Source: a bacterium
GTDB lineage: Bacteria > UBA8248
NCBI GenBank assembly: GCA_965204535.1
Contig: CBDBEV010000001.1
Span: 1,984,001-2,048,000 of the forward strand
Length of the DNA stretch: 64,000 nucleotides
Direction of reading: 5' to 3'
Shown: positions 33,671 to 43,343 of the stretch, one piece after another
How positions within the stretch are numbered: the first letter of the stretch is position 1
Layout of the letters: every line of letters starts with the position of its first letter
Notes under the pieces: generated by a model
The model's database searches: none
Told to the model about the DNA's origin: nothing
The model's input: only the letters and a program-made list of their open reading frames with translations
Program-made: the position numbers and the translations under genes

Positions 33671-34024
33671 CTAGTGCTCGTACGCCTTGGTGGCGCTCAC
33701 GGGAATCATGCAGACGAACTCCATCGTCTCGTCCGAATCGTTGTGGAAGGTGTGGTTCTCGCCCGGTGCGACGAATATGGCCGAGCCCGGCGCGATGGCC
33801 TTGGTCTCGCCCTCGACTATCACCCGGCCCTCGCCCTTCAGCATGAACACCTGGTGCTCCCAGGAGTGGGAATGGTCGGGCGTCTGCCCGCCCGCCTCTA
33901 TCTCGATGACCCGCATCGCCATTTCGGTTTCGCCGTCGCGCTCGCTGAGCAGCCAGCGGATGCCCGCGCCCTTGGCCGCCTTCTCCGCTTTCAGTTCCGC
34001 GTCCTTGTAGTTCATCACCTTCAT
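33671..34024 (-). CDS. Cupin domain protein
   Basis: TPDHSHSWEH...PGENHTF. Confidence 0.88.
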   Translation of the reverse strand: MKVMNYKDAELKAEKAAKGAGIRWLLSERDGETEMAMRVIEIEAGGQTPDHSHSWEHQVFMLKGEGRVIVEGETKAIAPGSAIFVAPGENHTFHNDSDETMEFVCMIPVSATKAYEH

Positions 34025-34222
34025 GGCGTCACCCCTCCTTTGGTTGGATTCGCGCCCTTCGCCTTTATCCCGGAACGCGGCGGATCATACCACACCCCGC
34101 GGCGTGAGTGTCAAAACCGCCGACGGGTGATGAGGGGAGATTGTTCCGACCGGAAAGGGAATTTCCGTAGGGGTGTCGGTTTTCCCCGAGGAGGGGGAGA
34201 CAGAACGAGCCGCCCGCTTTTC

Positions 34223-35257
34223 TCATGGAGTATCTGCGATTTTCAGGAGATGTTTTCCAATTTGTTTCGCAAGCCTGACCGGAACGGCGTTTCCTATGTG
34301 CTTGGCGATGTGAGTTTTATACCCGAAAAACTCGTATCCGTCTGGAAAAGATTGCAAAGCGGCGGCTTCACGCAGCGATATCGCACGGTCCTGTTCTGGA
34401 TGTCCGTATCTGCCGTTGGATATGCTGTGGCATCGCCCCGTGAGGGCGGGTGCCGGGCTATCCCAGTGCATTCGTCCGTAAACGTCTGTATGACCTTTAT
34501 AGTCCCCTTTGTGACATTCCAGTCTCAGGTGGTCCGGCCATGATCTTCGGTCCCCACCATCATGCGGCGTAGCTCGTAATCGTTTTAGGTTTAATTCTGC
34601 AATGGGAGCGGCGAAATGGTTCAAGATTTCAGGGTGGTGTTCTCCGGCGGCGATTTCAGGAAAATGAGAAATGGCTTGCCGTACTGTCCTGAACGGACGA
34701 TTTTGATTGCCGTATGTCGCATCGGGTAACGAAGATTGTCTATGTCTCGTGGCCAGTAATACAAGACGCCTTCTGTTCTGCGGGACTCCGTAGTGTTTCG
34801 CATCGAGGACATAATAATCGTATCCATAGTCTTTCGCGGTAAGCATCTTGAGAAACCGGCGAAAAGTGCTAAAGCCGCGTACACTCGCAATGCCGGGGAC
34901 ATTTTCTATCAATACAAATCCCGGTAATACTTCTTCAACGAGTCGTGCAAATTTTCCCAGCAGTGTTGCATCATTTCTTTTTGCAGCCCCTTTACGTTGC
35001 GGACTGAATGGTTGACATGGGGCACATCCGGCAAAAAGAACATCGTCATAAGATTCCGATTGGCACTTCAGGTCTAGATCTTTTGGTTTAATCTTTCTAA
35101 TGTCAGCCTCGACAAAACGGACTCCAGGATTGTTGTGTTCATAGGTGTCTTTGCAATGTTTGTCATTGTCAAATCCGGCGATGACCTCAATCCCTGCGTC
35201 GAGCAAACCCCTGGTCAGGCCTCCTGCCCCACAAAAGAAATCGTAGGCTTTAATCAT
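34223..35257 (-). CDS. dcm: DNA (cytosine-5)-methyltransferase
   Basis: DFFCGAGG, PCQPFS, ENV, QNRRR, LQSFP, GNAVP. Confidence 0.93.
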   Translation of the reverse strand: MIKAYDFFCGAGGLTRGLLDAGIEVIAGFDNDKHCKDTYEHNNPGVRFVEADIRKIKPKDLDLKCQSESYDDVLFAGCAPCQPFSPQRKGAAKRNDATLLGKFARLVEEVLPGFVLIENVPGIASVRGFSTFRRFLKMLTAKDYGYDYYVLDAKHYGVPQNRRRLVLLATRHRQSSLPDATYGNQNRPFRTVRQAISHFPEIAAGEHHPEILNHFAAPIAELNLKRLRATPHDGGDRRSWPDHLRLECHKGDYKGHTDVYGRMHWDSPAPALTGRCHSISNGRYGHPEQDRAISLREAAALQSFPDGYEFFGYKTHIAKHIGNAVPVRLAKQIGKHLLKIADTP

Positions 35258-36359
35258 TATTTTTACTGCGTTCATTTTTGACATTTTCGATAATCTCGTC
35301 ACGCCATGCATCAATATCTCGGTCCGGCAGACCCGGTCGACCAGCGGTTTGTAAATATGCCCACGCAATCAATTCACGGAATGGGCTGTCGAGAGAAGCG
35401 ATTCGAGAAAATTCAGTTTTGATTTTTTCGATGGGAATCAGTTCCAAATCTCTTAGATTAGCTGCCATCGGTGGAATTCGATTCTTCAGACCTGGAAAAG
35501 GGACGATAGTCTCAAAATAACCCTGGGCGAGAGTGCCTGATAAATTGCTTTTTAGTTTATCAATCCTTATGTTTTTCCAGCTAGAGAGTTGCAGGCTATC
35601 ATTGATTGAATGACATCTTGCAACCAGAACGTCGCGGACTTTTGCACTACGACCACAGGAAGATACGAGATCGCATGACGGGGTTAGAACCACTCGAAAT
35701 GCAGCAGGATCTTCATTTGCTCCACCTTCTTGTTTGAAAATGTCGCCCAACCGAATGTCCCTGCTTATTGGTGGATACAGGTACTGTTCCAAACCGGCAA
35801 GATTGGTTCCGTCTGCGGAAATCTCATCCATCTGAGCGGCGAGTCGGCGTCTTCCAGATCGTTTAATCATATCATTGCGTTGTTCAGAATCATCCAAAAC
35901 TTCGAAGGCGTAAGGAGCAACATCCCGCATCGCGCAGGAAAAAGAATGCCTGATATCGTTTTCTGCATTTTTTAGCGCGTTGACATGAGGCAGGAATTCG
36001 TTAATCGCTTTCAAAACCTTTTGCGGGCTCTTTGCTCCCTTCTTGATACTTTTCTCAAATGGATGCGGGTCACACTCATAATCATAAATTTCTTTCACAC
36101 CAGAATATATTATGATTGGGCAGAAATGTTGATTCCAAATAAAGTTGCGAGTTTTTAAGCCTTCGGTTTCTTCGTCTGGAGAAGCGCCCTCGAGCAGGAG
36201 ATCAAGTACTACGATGTCTGGATGGAACGATATAATCTTTTCTTCAGCATTCTTGAATTCCGATACCATGTAGCATACGTTTTTTATTTTCGCTTTAATG
36301 AATCTTAATACAGGTTCTATAGCTTTCTGATCATCTTCTATAAATAGCAACTTTAGCAT
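35250..36359 (-). CDS. Response-regulator receiver protein with unknown C-terminal domain
   Basis: LFIEDD, IVVLDLLL, IIYSG; C-terminal GDIF...VVLTPSCDL. Confidence 0.75.
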   Translation of the reverse strand: MLKLLFIEDDQKAIEPVLRFIKAKIKNVCYMVSEFKNAEEKIISFHPDIVVLDLLLEGASPDEETEGLKTRNFIWNQHFCPIIIYSGVKEIYDYECDPHPFEKSIKKGAKSPQKVLKAINEFLPHVNALKNAENDIRHSFSCAMRDVAPYAFEVLDDSEQRNDMIKRSGRRRLAAQMDEISADGTNLAGLEQYLYPPISRDIRLGDIFKQEGGANEDPAAFRVVLTPSCDLVSSCGRSAKVRDVLVARCHSINDSLQLSSWKNIRIDKLKSNLSGTLAQGYFETIVPFPGLKNRIPPMAANLRDLELIPIEKIKTEFSRIASLDSPFRELIAWAYLQTAGRPGLPDRDIDAWRDEIIENVKNERSKNND

Positions 36360-36383
36360 GTAACACTCTCTTGTAATTTGCGT

Positions 36384-38543
36384 TCAGCGTTTTTTGCTTA
36401 AAGGCAAATCGAATGCGAATGATGCGCCCCTCTTTGTGTTTCCGTATTCGATCGCCATACGGCCCCCATATGCAGCCACCAATTCCGAAGCTACTGTGAG
36501 TCCCATTCCAATTCCGCCCGGCTTTCTTGTCACACCAGGCCAGAATATTTTCTCTATGTCTTCTTTGTTAATTCCCGGCCCTGTATCGTGAACTGACACA
36601 CGTACGCGTTCCCCGTTGTTTATGGTTGTGAGGCGAAACTCAAGTTTTCTGTTTTTGTCAGGAACATCGCCTAACCAATACACTGCATTTGTCACCAGGT
36701 TCAGGATAATCGCATCGAGTTCTCCTGGGTCAGCAGCCACAGTGGTTTTTGAGTCAGGTACTCGGCATTGAACGTTTTTTCTCTTGATTTCACCCCGGTG
36801 AAGCATCAAACAATTTTTGATTTGATCTTCTAAAACAGAATAACGCCTCCGTCGTCTGAAATTACGGCTTGCCAGGGGTGCGAAGGTGTCCGCAAGGCGC
36901 TCCAATGCATCTACTGCATTTTCAGCGGAGCGGAACTCTTCCTCCAAAAGTTTTTCTTTGAATGGACCAAATCTGTCTTGAATGCATCTCAAAAAACTTC
37001 CGAAGGATATCGTGCGATTCCGAATTTCGTGCACTAGCATTTGAGCGATTGTTCCAATAGTAGCCAGACGACTGTAGTATACAAATCGCTCCTGAATAGC
37101 CTTGCGCGCTGAGTTTAGTGAATTACTGAAAGTGCGGAGCGAGGGAATCACATCTGATGCCTCGGCACCCTCCTCGGAAAGGGCCATGACTTCTTCAGTG
37201 AACTCTTCCGCAGACAATTGTTCGAATAGATCCTCCATCGGTTTTTCGCGATCAGGCTTTATCCGATCTTCATCTCGTTCATTTTCGAGAAGAGCAACGA
37301 CAGATTTCAGAATTTCCTCGAACTCCGCCACTTGAAGGCTCGTAGCCAGACGTTCACGGTCGCTGGTGTCCGCGATTTGTGGATTGTTTTCAGCCGATAT
37401 CGAAACGTAGCCGACAAGTTGGCTCGTACTCAGCCGTGTTCCAACCTTGCTGACGCGCCTGAGATCGAGTCCCAACCAGTCACGTGCATTATCAGATTTG
37501 GGAAGTGTCAGAACACCGTCTCTATAAACGGAGATGCCTTTATGAGCACGAATGGTTTTTCTCACTTGGCTCTTTTGAAACTCGAATCGTTCTGCGATTT
37601 CCTGAGTATCATCGGGAGCAATGTCCCAAGCCCGGATTTCGAAAGTGAACGGTCCACAACTCGTCATTTCCGAAGAAAAATGAAAGCGAGTGCGATCCTG
37701 AATAGCTTCGTAAGTCCGCCTCCAAGGAAGCTTCAATTTTCTGTTTCTTGGGGAACCTCCCGTTATAGGAGTAAATTGATATGTTGCGTTTACATTACCT
37801 ACATTGTCGACATTCCCTTTGATACTGTATTTTGGATTCGACAAAAACTCTGGAGATTCTATTTCTACTTCCTCGGTCAAATTCTCACCGAAACCTGACA
37901 GGAAGATTTTGAAATCGCCAACGGCTGAAAATGGTGATATCAACCGCGCGAGATTTTCTTTCAGGTCGAATACGCGATTCTTATCCCATTGCTCTTTAAG
38001 GCCAAAAATGCCGAGTCGGGTTCCGGATTTTTTGAACGGAGACTTCTCGGGATACTCCCTGCATCCGACGAAGCTATCCGACAGCTCGTTTCCTCCTGAA
38101 ATATCGGACCAGTTCACGTTGACTTCCCAGCAAGGAGCCCTGGGGGCTTTTGTGAGCATGTGAAGGCGCTCCCCGAGACGTGCAACGGAAAGACGCCCGA
38201 GCCCTTTTTCACCGGCAACGCGGCGTTTTTTCTTTCCGCTCTTCACAAATGGGTTTTGTTCTTTGTGAGGAGTTGCAACGAGACACCAAACGTTCTCGAT
38301 AATTTCTTTGGTCATACCATGACCGTCATCTTCGATTTCCAGAAACGTACCTTGAGACGGATCGTCACGGAATCGAAGCCAGACATTTTCCGCAAATGCA
38401 TCGTATGAATTCTTGACAAGTTCGATAACGGCTACAACATCATTTGTTACAAGATCTGCACCCAGAGCCGCGAAGACCCTCGGATGCATCCGAAACGATA
38501 TTTGCTCGAAACCGTTATTTTGTTTAGTCATTTTATTTGCCAT
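36384..38543 (-). CDS. GHKL (MORC-like) ATPase fused to a histidine kinase
   Basis: N-terminal ELVKNSYDA, EDDGHGM, GEKGLGR; C-terminal HEIRN H-box, NLVTNA, DTGPGI, GIGMGL. Confidence 0.85.
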   Translation of the reverse strand: MANKMTKQNNGFEQISFRMHPRVFAALGADLVTNDVVAVIELVKNSYDAFAENVWLRFRDDPSQGTFLEIEDDGHGMTKEIIENVWCLVATPHKEQNPFVKSGKKKRRVAGEKGLGRLSVARLGERLHMLTKAPRAPCWEVNVNWSDISGGNELSDSFVGCREYPEKSPFKKSGTRLGIFGLKEQWDKNRVFDLKENLARLISPFSAVGDFKIFLSGFGENLTEEVEIESPEFLSNPKYSIKGNVDNVGNVNATYQFTPITGGSPRNRKLKLPWRRTYEAIQDRTRFHFSSEMTSCGPFTFEIRAWDIAPDDTQEIAERFEFQKSQVRKTIRAHKGISVYRDGVLTLPKSDNARDWLGLDLRRVSKVGTRLSTSQLVGYVSISAENNPQIADTSDRERLATSLQVAEFEEILKSVVALLENERDEDRIKPDREKPMEDLFEQLSAEEFTEEVMALSEEGAEASDVIPSLRTFSNSLNSARKAIQERFVYYSRLATIGTIAQMLVHEIRNRTISFGSFLRCIQDRFGPFKEKLLEEEFRSAENAVDALERLADTFAPLASRNFRRRRRYSVLEDQIKNCLMLHRGEIKRKNVQCRVPDSKTTVAADPGELDAIILNLVTNAVYWLGDVPDKNRKLEFRLTTINNGERVRVSVHDTGPGINKEDIEKIFWPGVTRKPGGIGMGLTVASELVAAYGGRMAIEYGNTKRGASFAFDLPLSKKR

Positions 38544-39045
38544 GCAGGTTGACGCTCTCTGTTTCTTTTGTCCTACGAGGACCTTTTAATAGAGGAATTT
38601 GCAGTAGTTCTTGATTCGAGTTCAGAAAATCCGCTGCTTGTCTGGCAATGTATTCTAATGCTTCCGTGCGGTTTGTCCCCGGCCTTCGAAATCCGCATTC
38701 CCAGATAGTCAGAACTCGCCAACCAAGTTTCTGCAACTCGGATACGGCTATTGAATCACGCCTTGCGGTATCTTCGAGTTTTGTTTTCCACCATGCTCTA
38801 CGTGTTCCAGGAATAGAAGAAAGATGACAACCATGATAATGCCAGAAACACCCGTGTATGAATATAACGGAGCGGTATTTTTGGAAAACCATATCGGGTG
38901 TCCCGGGGAGGTCATTACGATGCAGGCGATACCGAAATCCCATAGCGAAGAGACGACGGCGTATCTCTAACTCCACTTTGGTGTTCTTGGCCCGGACCGA
39001 AGACATCATTCGGCTGCGGGTTTCTTTGTTTACGGTATCTACCAT
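38533..39045 (-). CDS. vsr: Very short patch repair endonuclease
   Basis: RSRMMS, LPGTPD, FIHGCFWH, TIWEC. Confidence 0.93.
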   Translation of the reverse strand: MVDTVNKETRSRMMSSVRAKNTKVELEIRRRLFAMGFRYRLHRNDLPGTPDMVFQKYRSVIFIHGCFWHYHGCHLSSIPGTRRAWWKTKLEDTARRDSIAVSELQKLGWRVLTIWECGFRRPGTNRTEALEYIARQAADFLNSNQELLQIPLLKGPRRTKETESVNLHGK

Positions 39046-39155
39046 TAGATAGGCTCAACCAGGGCAGATGCTAAAGCCGCCTTGCGTTTCGAGTAATTTC
39101 ACCCCCCAAAATACCTTCTCATCATCCCCCTGTCATCTGGCTAGCTTTACCCCCC

Positions 39156-39833
39156 TCACGAATAAAACCGCCTCACGATCTCCTCCAGACTGAAATCCTC
39201 CGCGCGGATGGCGTCGAGGAGGTCGGCTTCTTTGGCGAGCACGCGCCCGGCGGCGTCGGGAACGTCCGCCGCGATGTCCTTCGGCACCACGAGCGCGCCG
39301 CCCCCGTCCGCGTGGATGAGGTCGCCCGGAACCACGGCCATCCCGCCGACCGATACCGGCGTGTTGACGGCCACCACGCGCACGTCGCCGCGCGAGACCG
39401 TGGTGCCCGCGCACCAGGTCTTGAAGCCCGCCTTGCGCATCTCTTCGATATCGCGCACCACCCCGTCCGTCACCACGCCCTCGGCTCCCAGGCGCGAGAA
39501 GAGGTTCGACATGATCTCCCCCCAGAGGCACGCCGAGCGCGGCCGGGGGCCGACGTCCTGCTGCACGAGGACGCAGGGCTTGGGCGCCGCGGCCACGGCT
39601 TCGTAGAGCGCGATGCGCGATGCGTGCGCCCGCTCCTCGCCCGGGGCGTATTCGCCGGTCGTGAACGTCACGGCGTAGCCGAGCGCCACGCCCATATCGG
39701 GGAACATGCACTCGATACTCGCGTCGGTGTGGCCGAGCGTCCTCGGGCGCACGCCGAAGGATTCCACGGCGTTCGAAACCGTGGGCGTGTCGATCGCTCT
39801 CAGCTTCGCGAGCGTTTCTTCGGATAGCGTCAT
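39156..39833 (-). CDS. RraA/HMG aldolase family protein
   Basis: DTPTVSNA, WGEIM, DGVVRD, PGDLIHAD. Confidence 0.85.
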   Translation of the reverse strand: MTLSEETLAKLRAIDTPTVSNAVESFGVRPRTLGHTDASIECMFPDMGVALGYAVTFTTGEYAPGEERAHASRIALYEAVAAAPKPCVLVQQDVGPRPRSACLWGEIMSNLFSRLGAEGVVTDGVVRDIEEMRKAGFKTWCAGTTVSRGDVRVVAVNTPVSVGGMAVVPGDLIHADGGGALVVPKDIAADVPDAAGRVLAKEADLLDAIRAEDFSLEEIVRRFYS

Positions 39834-40071
39834 CTATCGTCTCCTTATCTGATAAGAGGCCGCGCCGCGCGCGCCTCCCGTGAACCGAAAAGGTCGTAAC
39901 GGATGGCCCGATTATATGATCGGGAGCGCGAGGAGAGTAGGGGTAGGGGAAGTGTGCCTGAATCTTCGCATAAAGCGGATCGAGCTTGATGGGTATAACA
40001 ATAATGTTATATATTGTATAGTGCTCCAAATCGGTGTCCTTGGCTCACCGGACGAAAATGGCCTAAAAAGG

Positions 40072-40241
40072 CGTCATTCCGGCGAAAGCCGGAATCCATT
40101 TTGGTTTTTGCCTCGTCGCCTGCGGTCTTTCTCGCTGCCCACATCCAGCCTTTTTGTTCTTGCCGCCTACGATCTCGTCCGCCGTATGCACGGTCTTTTC
40201 GGGGGGAAAGAGAATGGATTCCGGCTTTCGCCGGAATGACG
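40072..40241. repeat. CGTC-type REP inverted pair (REPIN-like)
   Basis: CGTCATTCCGGCGAAAGCCGGAATCC and its exact reverse complement GGATTCCGGCTTTCGCCGGAATGACG. Confidence 0.85.
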
Positions 40242-40249
40242 ATCAAAGT

Positions 40250-40428
40250 CGAAGGACAATTACGACCGAGACGCATATCGAGCCGTCTACACTGTGAAAT
40301 TTGAAGATGCCGTATATGTTCTCCACGTCTTCCAAAAGAAATCGAAAAGGGGAATTCGGACGCCACGGCGGGATATGGAGATCATCAAGGCCAATTTCAA
40401 GCGATTGATTGAGCGAATGAAAAGGTAG
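40250..40428 (+). pseudogene. 5'-truncated RelE/Gp49-like toxin
   Basis: Frame reads DNYDRDAYRAVYTVKFEDAVYVLHVFQKKSKRGIRTP...*; no N-terminal half, abuts the REP pair. Confidence 0.75.
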
Positions 40429-40457
40429 AGAAAACACCAGAAAACGAGGAGAGCGGA

Positions 40458-40793
40458 ATGGATCAAAAAATCATCACGGAAGGAGTAATGAACGTATTCG
40501 AGGATTTGGGGCTTCCCGATGCCGATGAACTGATCCTCAAGGCGGAACTTCTCTCGGAGATTATGGATACCATCGAATCGAGAGGGCTCAAGCAAAAGGA
40601 CCTCATGAAGCATCTCGGCATCAAGCAACCCGAGGCGTCCTATCTCATGAACGGGAAGCTCTCGCGCTTCTCCCGCGAGCGGCTGATCGACTACATGGTC
40701 AAGCTCGGCATGACGGTGGAGTTGCGGGTGAAGAAGCCGAAGAAAGGCGCCCCCCTGAAACCCGGCGCGCTGATATACGCGGGAGCGTCGTAA
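40458..40793 (+). CDS. XRE/HTH antitoxin (HigA-like)
   Basis: NVFEDLGLPDA...KAEL...GLKQ...LGIKQP..S.LMNGKLSRFS. Confidence 0.85.
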   Translation: MDQKIITEGVMNVFEDLGLPDADELILKAELLSEIMDTIESRGLKQKDLMKHLGIKQPEASYLMNGKLSRFSRERLIDYMVKLGMTVELRVKKPKKGAPLKPGALIYAGAS

Positions 40794-40922
40794 GGAATGA
40801 GGGTCCGTAGGCGGGAGTGGTTCCTCTCTCCTCGGGGCTGTTGAAAAAGTCCCCGTCGGGGGATATTGCCTTTAGAGGGAAGGCCGCTTTCGCGCGAACC
40901 CCCGACCTCCCTCTTTGAAAGC

Positions 40923-40952
40923 AACCCCCCCTACCCCCCCTTGTCAGGGGGG
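40923..40952. repeat. Left arm of a C/G-rich palindromic pair; right arm (41070-41081 plus 42603-42620) split by the IS
   Basis: AACCCCCCCTACCCCCCCTTGTCAGGGGGG is the reverse complement of the reconstructed right arm. Confidence 0.8.
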
Positions 40953-41081
40953 CAAGAAAAAGCAAAAGCCCCTCTACCGGCGGCGGGCGTCGCCTTTTCA
41001 TACCCCCTCGCCGGGGGAAAGAAGAAGCAAACCCCCCTCAACCCGGCGGGGGCGTATCGCCTTTTTATACCCCCCTGACAA

Positions 41082-42597
41082 GGGGCTGTTGAAAAACCCT
41101 GTTTTGAAGCAGGGGGTATGGCGGCTCACGCGGCTTGGGATAGGAAGCCCAATCGGCGCGTGAGGCCGCGAGGAACGCGCAGACGGCGTCTCCGGGCGGC
41201 GCAGGCCCTCCACAGAGCGAATATATCCGCCGCAACAGCGGCGGCGAGCCGCTTGAGGTTCACCGCAGTCGCCGTCAGGTAGGCCTGGATCCTCATGTTC
41301 GCAAGGCCCCGGCGCACCGCCCGCCCCAGTCCGTGCCGACTCTTCGCTTCGCCGTGGTAGCCCTCCGAACGCGACATGTGGCGGCGCCACAGCCGGCCCT
41401 CCTCCTCCCCCCGGCGCGCGCGGCGACGGCGCGCGCGCAACAGCGCCGGATACTCGTGCGGAATCAGCACCGTCCTGCTCGTGTGCGACTTGGGCAGACA
41501 ATCCGACCTCAGCGCGCAGCCCGCGCAATCGCGCGTCCTCGAACCATAGTAGCGCCCCCGCTCCGTCTCCTTCCGGGGACGCAGCGTCTTGCCGCCCGGA
41601 CACTTCACCACCTTGCGCCGCTCGTCGTAGCGGAACAACTGCAGCGGAACACGGCTCTGGGAAGGCTCCTTCTTCGCCGGTATCAGCGCGGCGACGCCAC
41701 GCCGCTCCAATGCGCCGTACACCTTCGAGTACGCATAGCCCGAATCCGCCGTCACCACCGCGGGCGCGCGACCCGTGAGCTCGCAAACCGCATCCAACTG
41801 CGGCTCCATCATCTCCCGCTCGTTCAACGTCCCCGCCGTCACCTCTACGTCGAGGACAACGCCCCGCTCGTCGTCCACCACCGCGTGGTGCTTGTAGCTC
41901 GGCTCGAACCCCGCCCGAGCGCTCTTGCGCGCCAGGCGCGCGTCGGGGTCCGTTCGGCTCACCGGACCCGAACCCCCGCCACCGCCCTTCTTCCCCGTCT
42001 CATCCTCCGAGTCGTTCTCCCGCACCACCTTCTCCGCGTGGCGCTCCGCCAGACTCTCCCAGCTCACGTCCGCGCGTATCAAAGACGCGTCCATGTGAAC
42101 CACTTCTCCCTTCGCCACCTTCGCCTCCACGCAAGACTGAACCGTGCGCCGAAATATCTCCTTGAATCGCGCCTCCCCCCACCGCTGACGGATACGCGTC
42201 AGGCTCGAATGATCCGGCAACTCCTCGTCCAGCTCGTAACCGATGAACCACCGGATCGCCAGGTTCACCTGCGCCTCGCGAAGCAGATGCCGGTCGTGAA
42301 CGTGGCCCAGCAGAAGACCCGCCAGCATCAACCGCACCACCACTTCCGGGTCGATCCCCGGTCGACCGTTGTCCGCGCAATAGCACTCCGCCACCTCCTC
42401 GCGAAGCCAACTCAAATCCAGTACGCGGTTCACCCGGAACAATATGTAATCTTCGGGAATCAACTGCTCCAGCGAACCGGCCACGAACAATTCCATCTGC
42501 CCGCGCCTCTTGCGGTCCAACATCGGGGAATCTCCCATCTCGGGCGAGGGGGGATAACTCCATACGATCACAAAACCAGGGGTTTTTCAACAGCCCC
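41082..42597 (-). mobile_element. IS1182-family insertion sequence, 1516 bp, 5-bp target duplication GACAA
   Basis: IR GGGGCTGTTGAAAAACCC at both ends; GACAA at 41077-41081 and 42598-42602. Confidence 0.9.
41126..42571 (-). CDS. IS1182-family DDE transposase
   Basis: GRPGIDP, LPDHSSL, MDAS, TDPDA, ADSGY, Cys cluster, EGYHGEAK. Confidence 0.9.
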   Translation of the reverse strand: MIVWSYPPSPEMGDSPMLDRKRRGQMELFVAGSLEQLIPEDYILFRVNRVLDLSWLREEVAECYCADNGRPGIDPEVVVRLMLAGLLLGHVHDRHLLREAQVNLAIRWFIGYELDEELPDHSSLTRIRQRWGEARFKEIFRRTVQSCVEAKVAKGEVVHMDASLIRADVSWESLAERHAEKVVRENDSEDETGKKGGGGGSGPVSRTDPDARLARKSARAGFEPSYKHHAVVDDERGVVLDVEVTAGTLNEREMMEPQLDAVCELTGRAPAVVTADSGYAYSKVYGALERRGVAALIPAKKEPSQSRVPLQLFRYDERRKVVKCPGGKTLRPRKETERGRYYGSRTRDCAGCALRSDCLPKSHTSRTVLIPHEYPALLRARRRRARRGEEEGRLWRRHMSRSEGYHGEAKSRHGLGRAVRRGLANMRIQAYLTATAVNLKRLAAAVAADIFALWRACAARRRRLRVPRGLTRRLGFLSQAA

Positions 42598-42743
42598 GAC
42601 AAGGGGGGGTAGGGGGGGTTGATTTAATGGGGTTTCCCTTTCAGGGGGGTTGCCATTACCTTCTCAGGGGCTTTTTCATCGGGCATTCCCCTCGGGATGC
42701 CCGACCCCTCAAGGGAAGAGTATTTATTGCAACTCATTTGCAT

Positions 42744-42798
42744 GGACAACCATAGGGGGTTGTCCCTTTGAAGGACAGGCGCGGGGGCCTGTCCCTAC
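42744..42798 (-). repeat. GTAG-type REP hairpins overlapping the NUDIX stop codon
   Basis: Minus strand GTAGGGACAGGCCCCCGCGCCTGTCC plus GGGACAACCCCCTATGGTTGTCC. Confidence 0.65.
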
Positions 42799-43343
42799 CC
42801 ACCCATCCTCTCTTGCCAGTCGCGCATGGCGGCGCGGGTGGTGTCGAAGGCGAGCTCGTCGAAGTCGATCGCATCGGGCGATACGAGCTTGACCTCGGTG
42901 GTCTCGGAAAGCGCGCGGGGGGCGCCCCCCGTCACGGCGCCCGTGTAGACGATGAGCACGGTGGCGTTTCCCTCGAAGGAATACACCCCCAGGAGCGAAT
43001 CCACCGCCACCTCGATCCCCGCTTCTTCTTTCGCCTCGCGCGCGGCGGCTTCCGCGACCACCTCGCCCCGGTTCACGAAGCCGCCCGGGAACGTCCAGAG
43101 CCCCTTGCCGGGGTTGTGGGCGCGCCGCACGAGCACGGCCTCCCCGTCGACCGTCGCGACGACGCCCGCCGCGACTTTCGGGTCCAGGAAGTGGACGTGG
43201 TTGCAGGACGCCGCGCTGCAGCAAAGCTGGGCGGTGCCGTCCCCCTCCGTCCAGGGGCGGTAGACGAGCGGACTCCCGCAGGCGACGCAGAACTTCACCC
43301 CGCCGCCGAGATGGGGGTGGGCCTGCGGGGCGTCGGCGTTCAA
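42795..43343 (-). CDS. NUDIX hydrolase with N-terminal Zn ribbon
   Basis: FCVACG; PGGFVNRGEVVAEAAAREAKEEAG Nudix box. Confidence 0.9.
   Translation of the reverse strand: MNADAPQAHPHLGGGVKFCVACGSPLVYRPWTEGDGTAQLCCSAASCNHVHFLDPKVAAGVVATVDGEAVLVRRAHNPGKGLWTFPGGFVNRGEVVAEAAAREAKEEAGIEVAVDSLLGVYSFEGNATVLIVYTGAVTGGAPRALSETTEVKLVSPDAIDFDELAFDTTRAAMRDWQERMGG

Noticed and set aside
34081-39150. att sites or terminal repeats bounding the Vsr-Dcm island
   Set aside because: Only weak, short similarity at the edges; no integrase or convincing direct repeat
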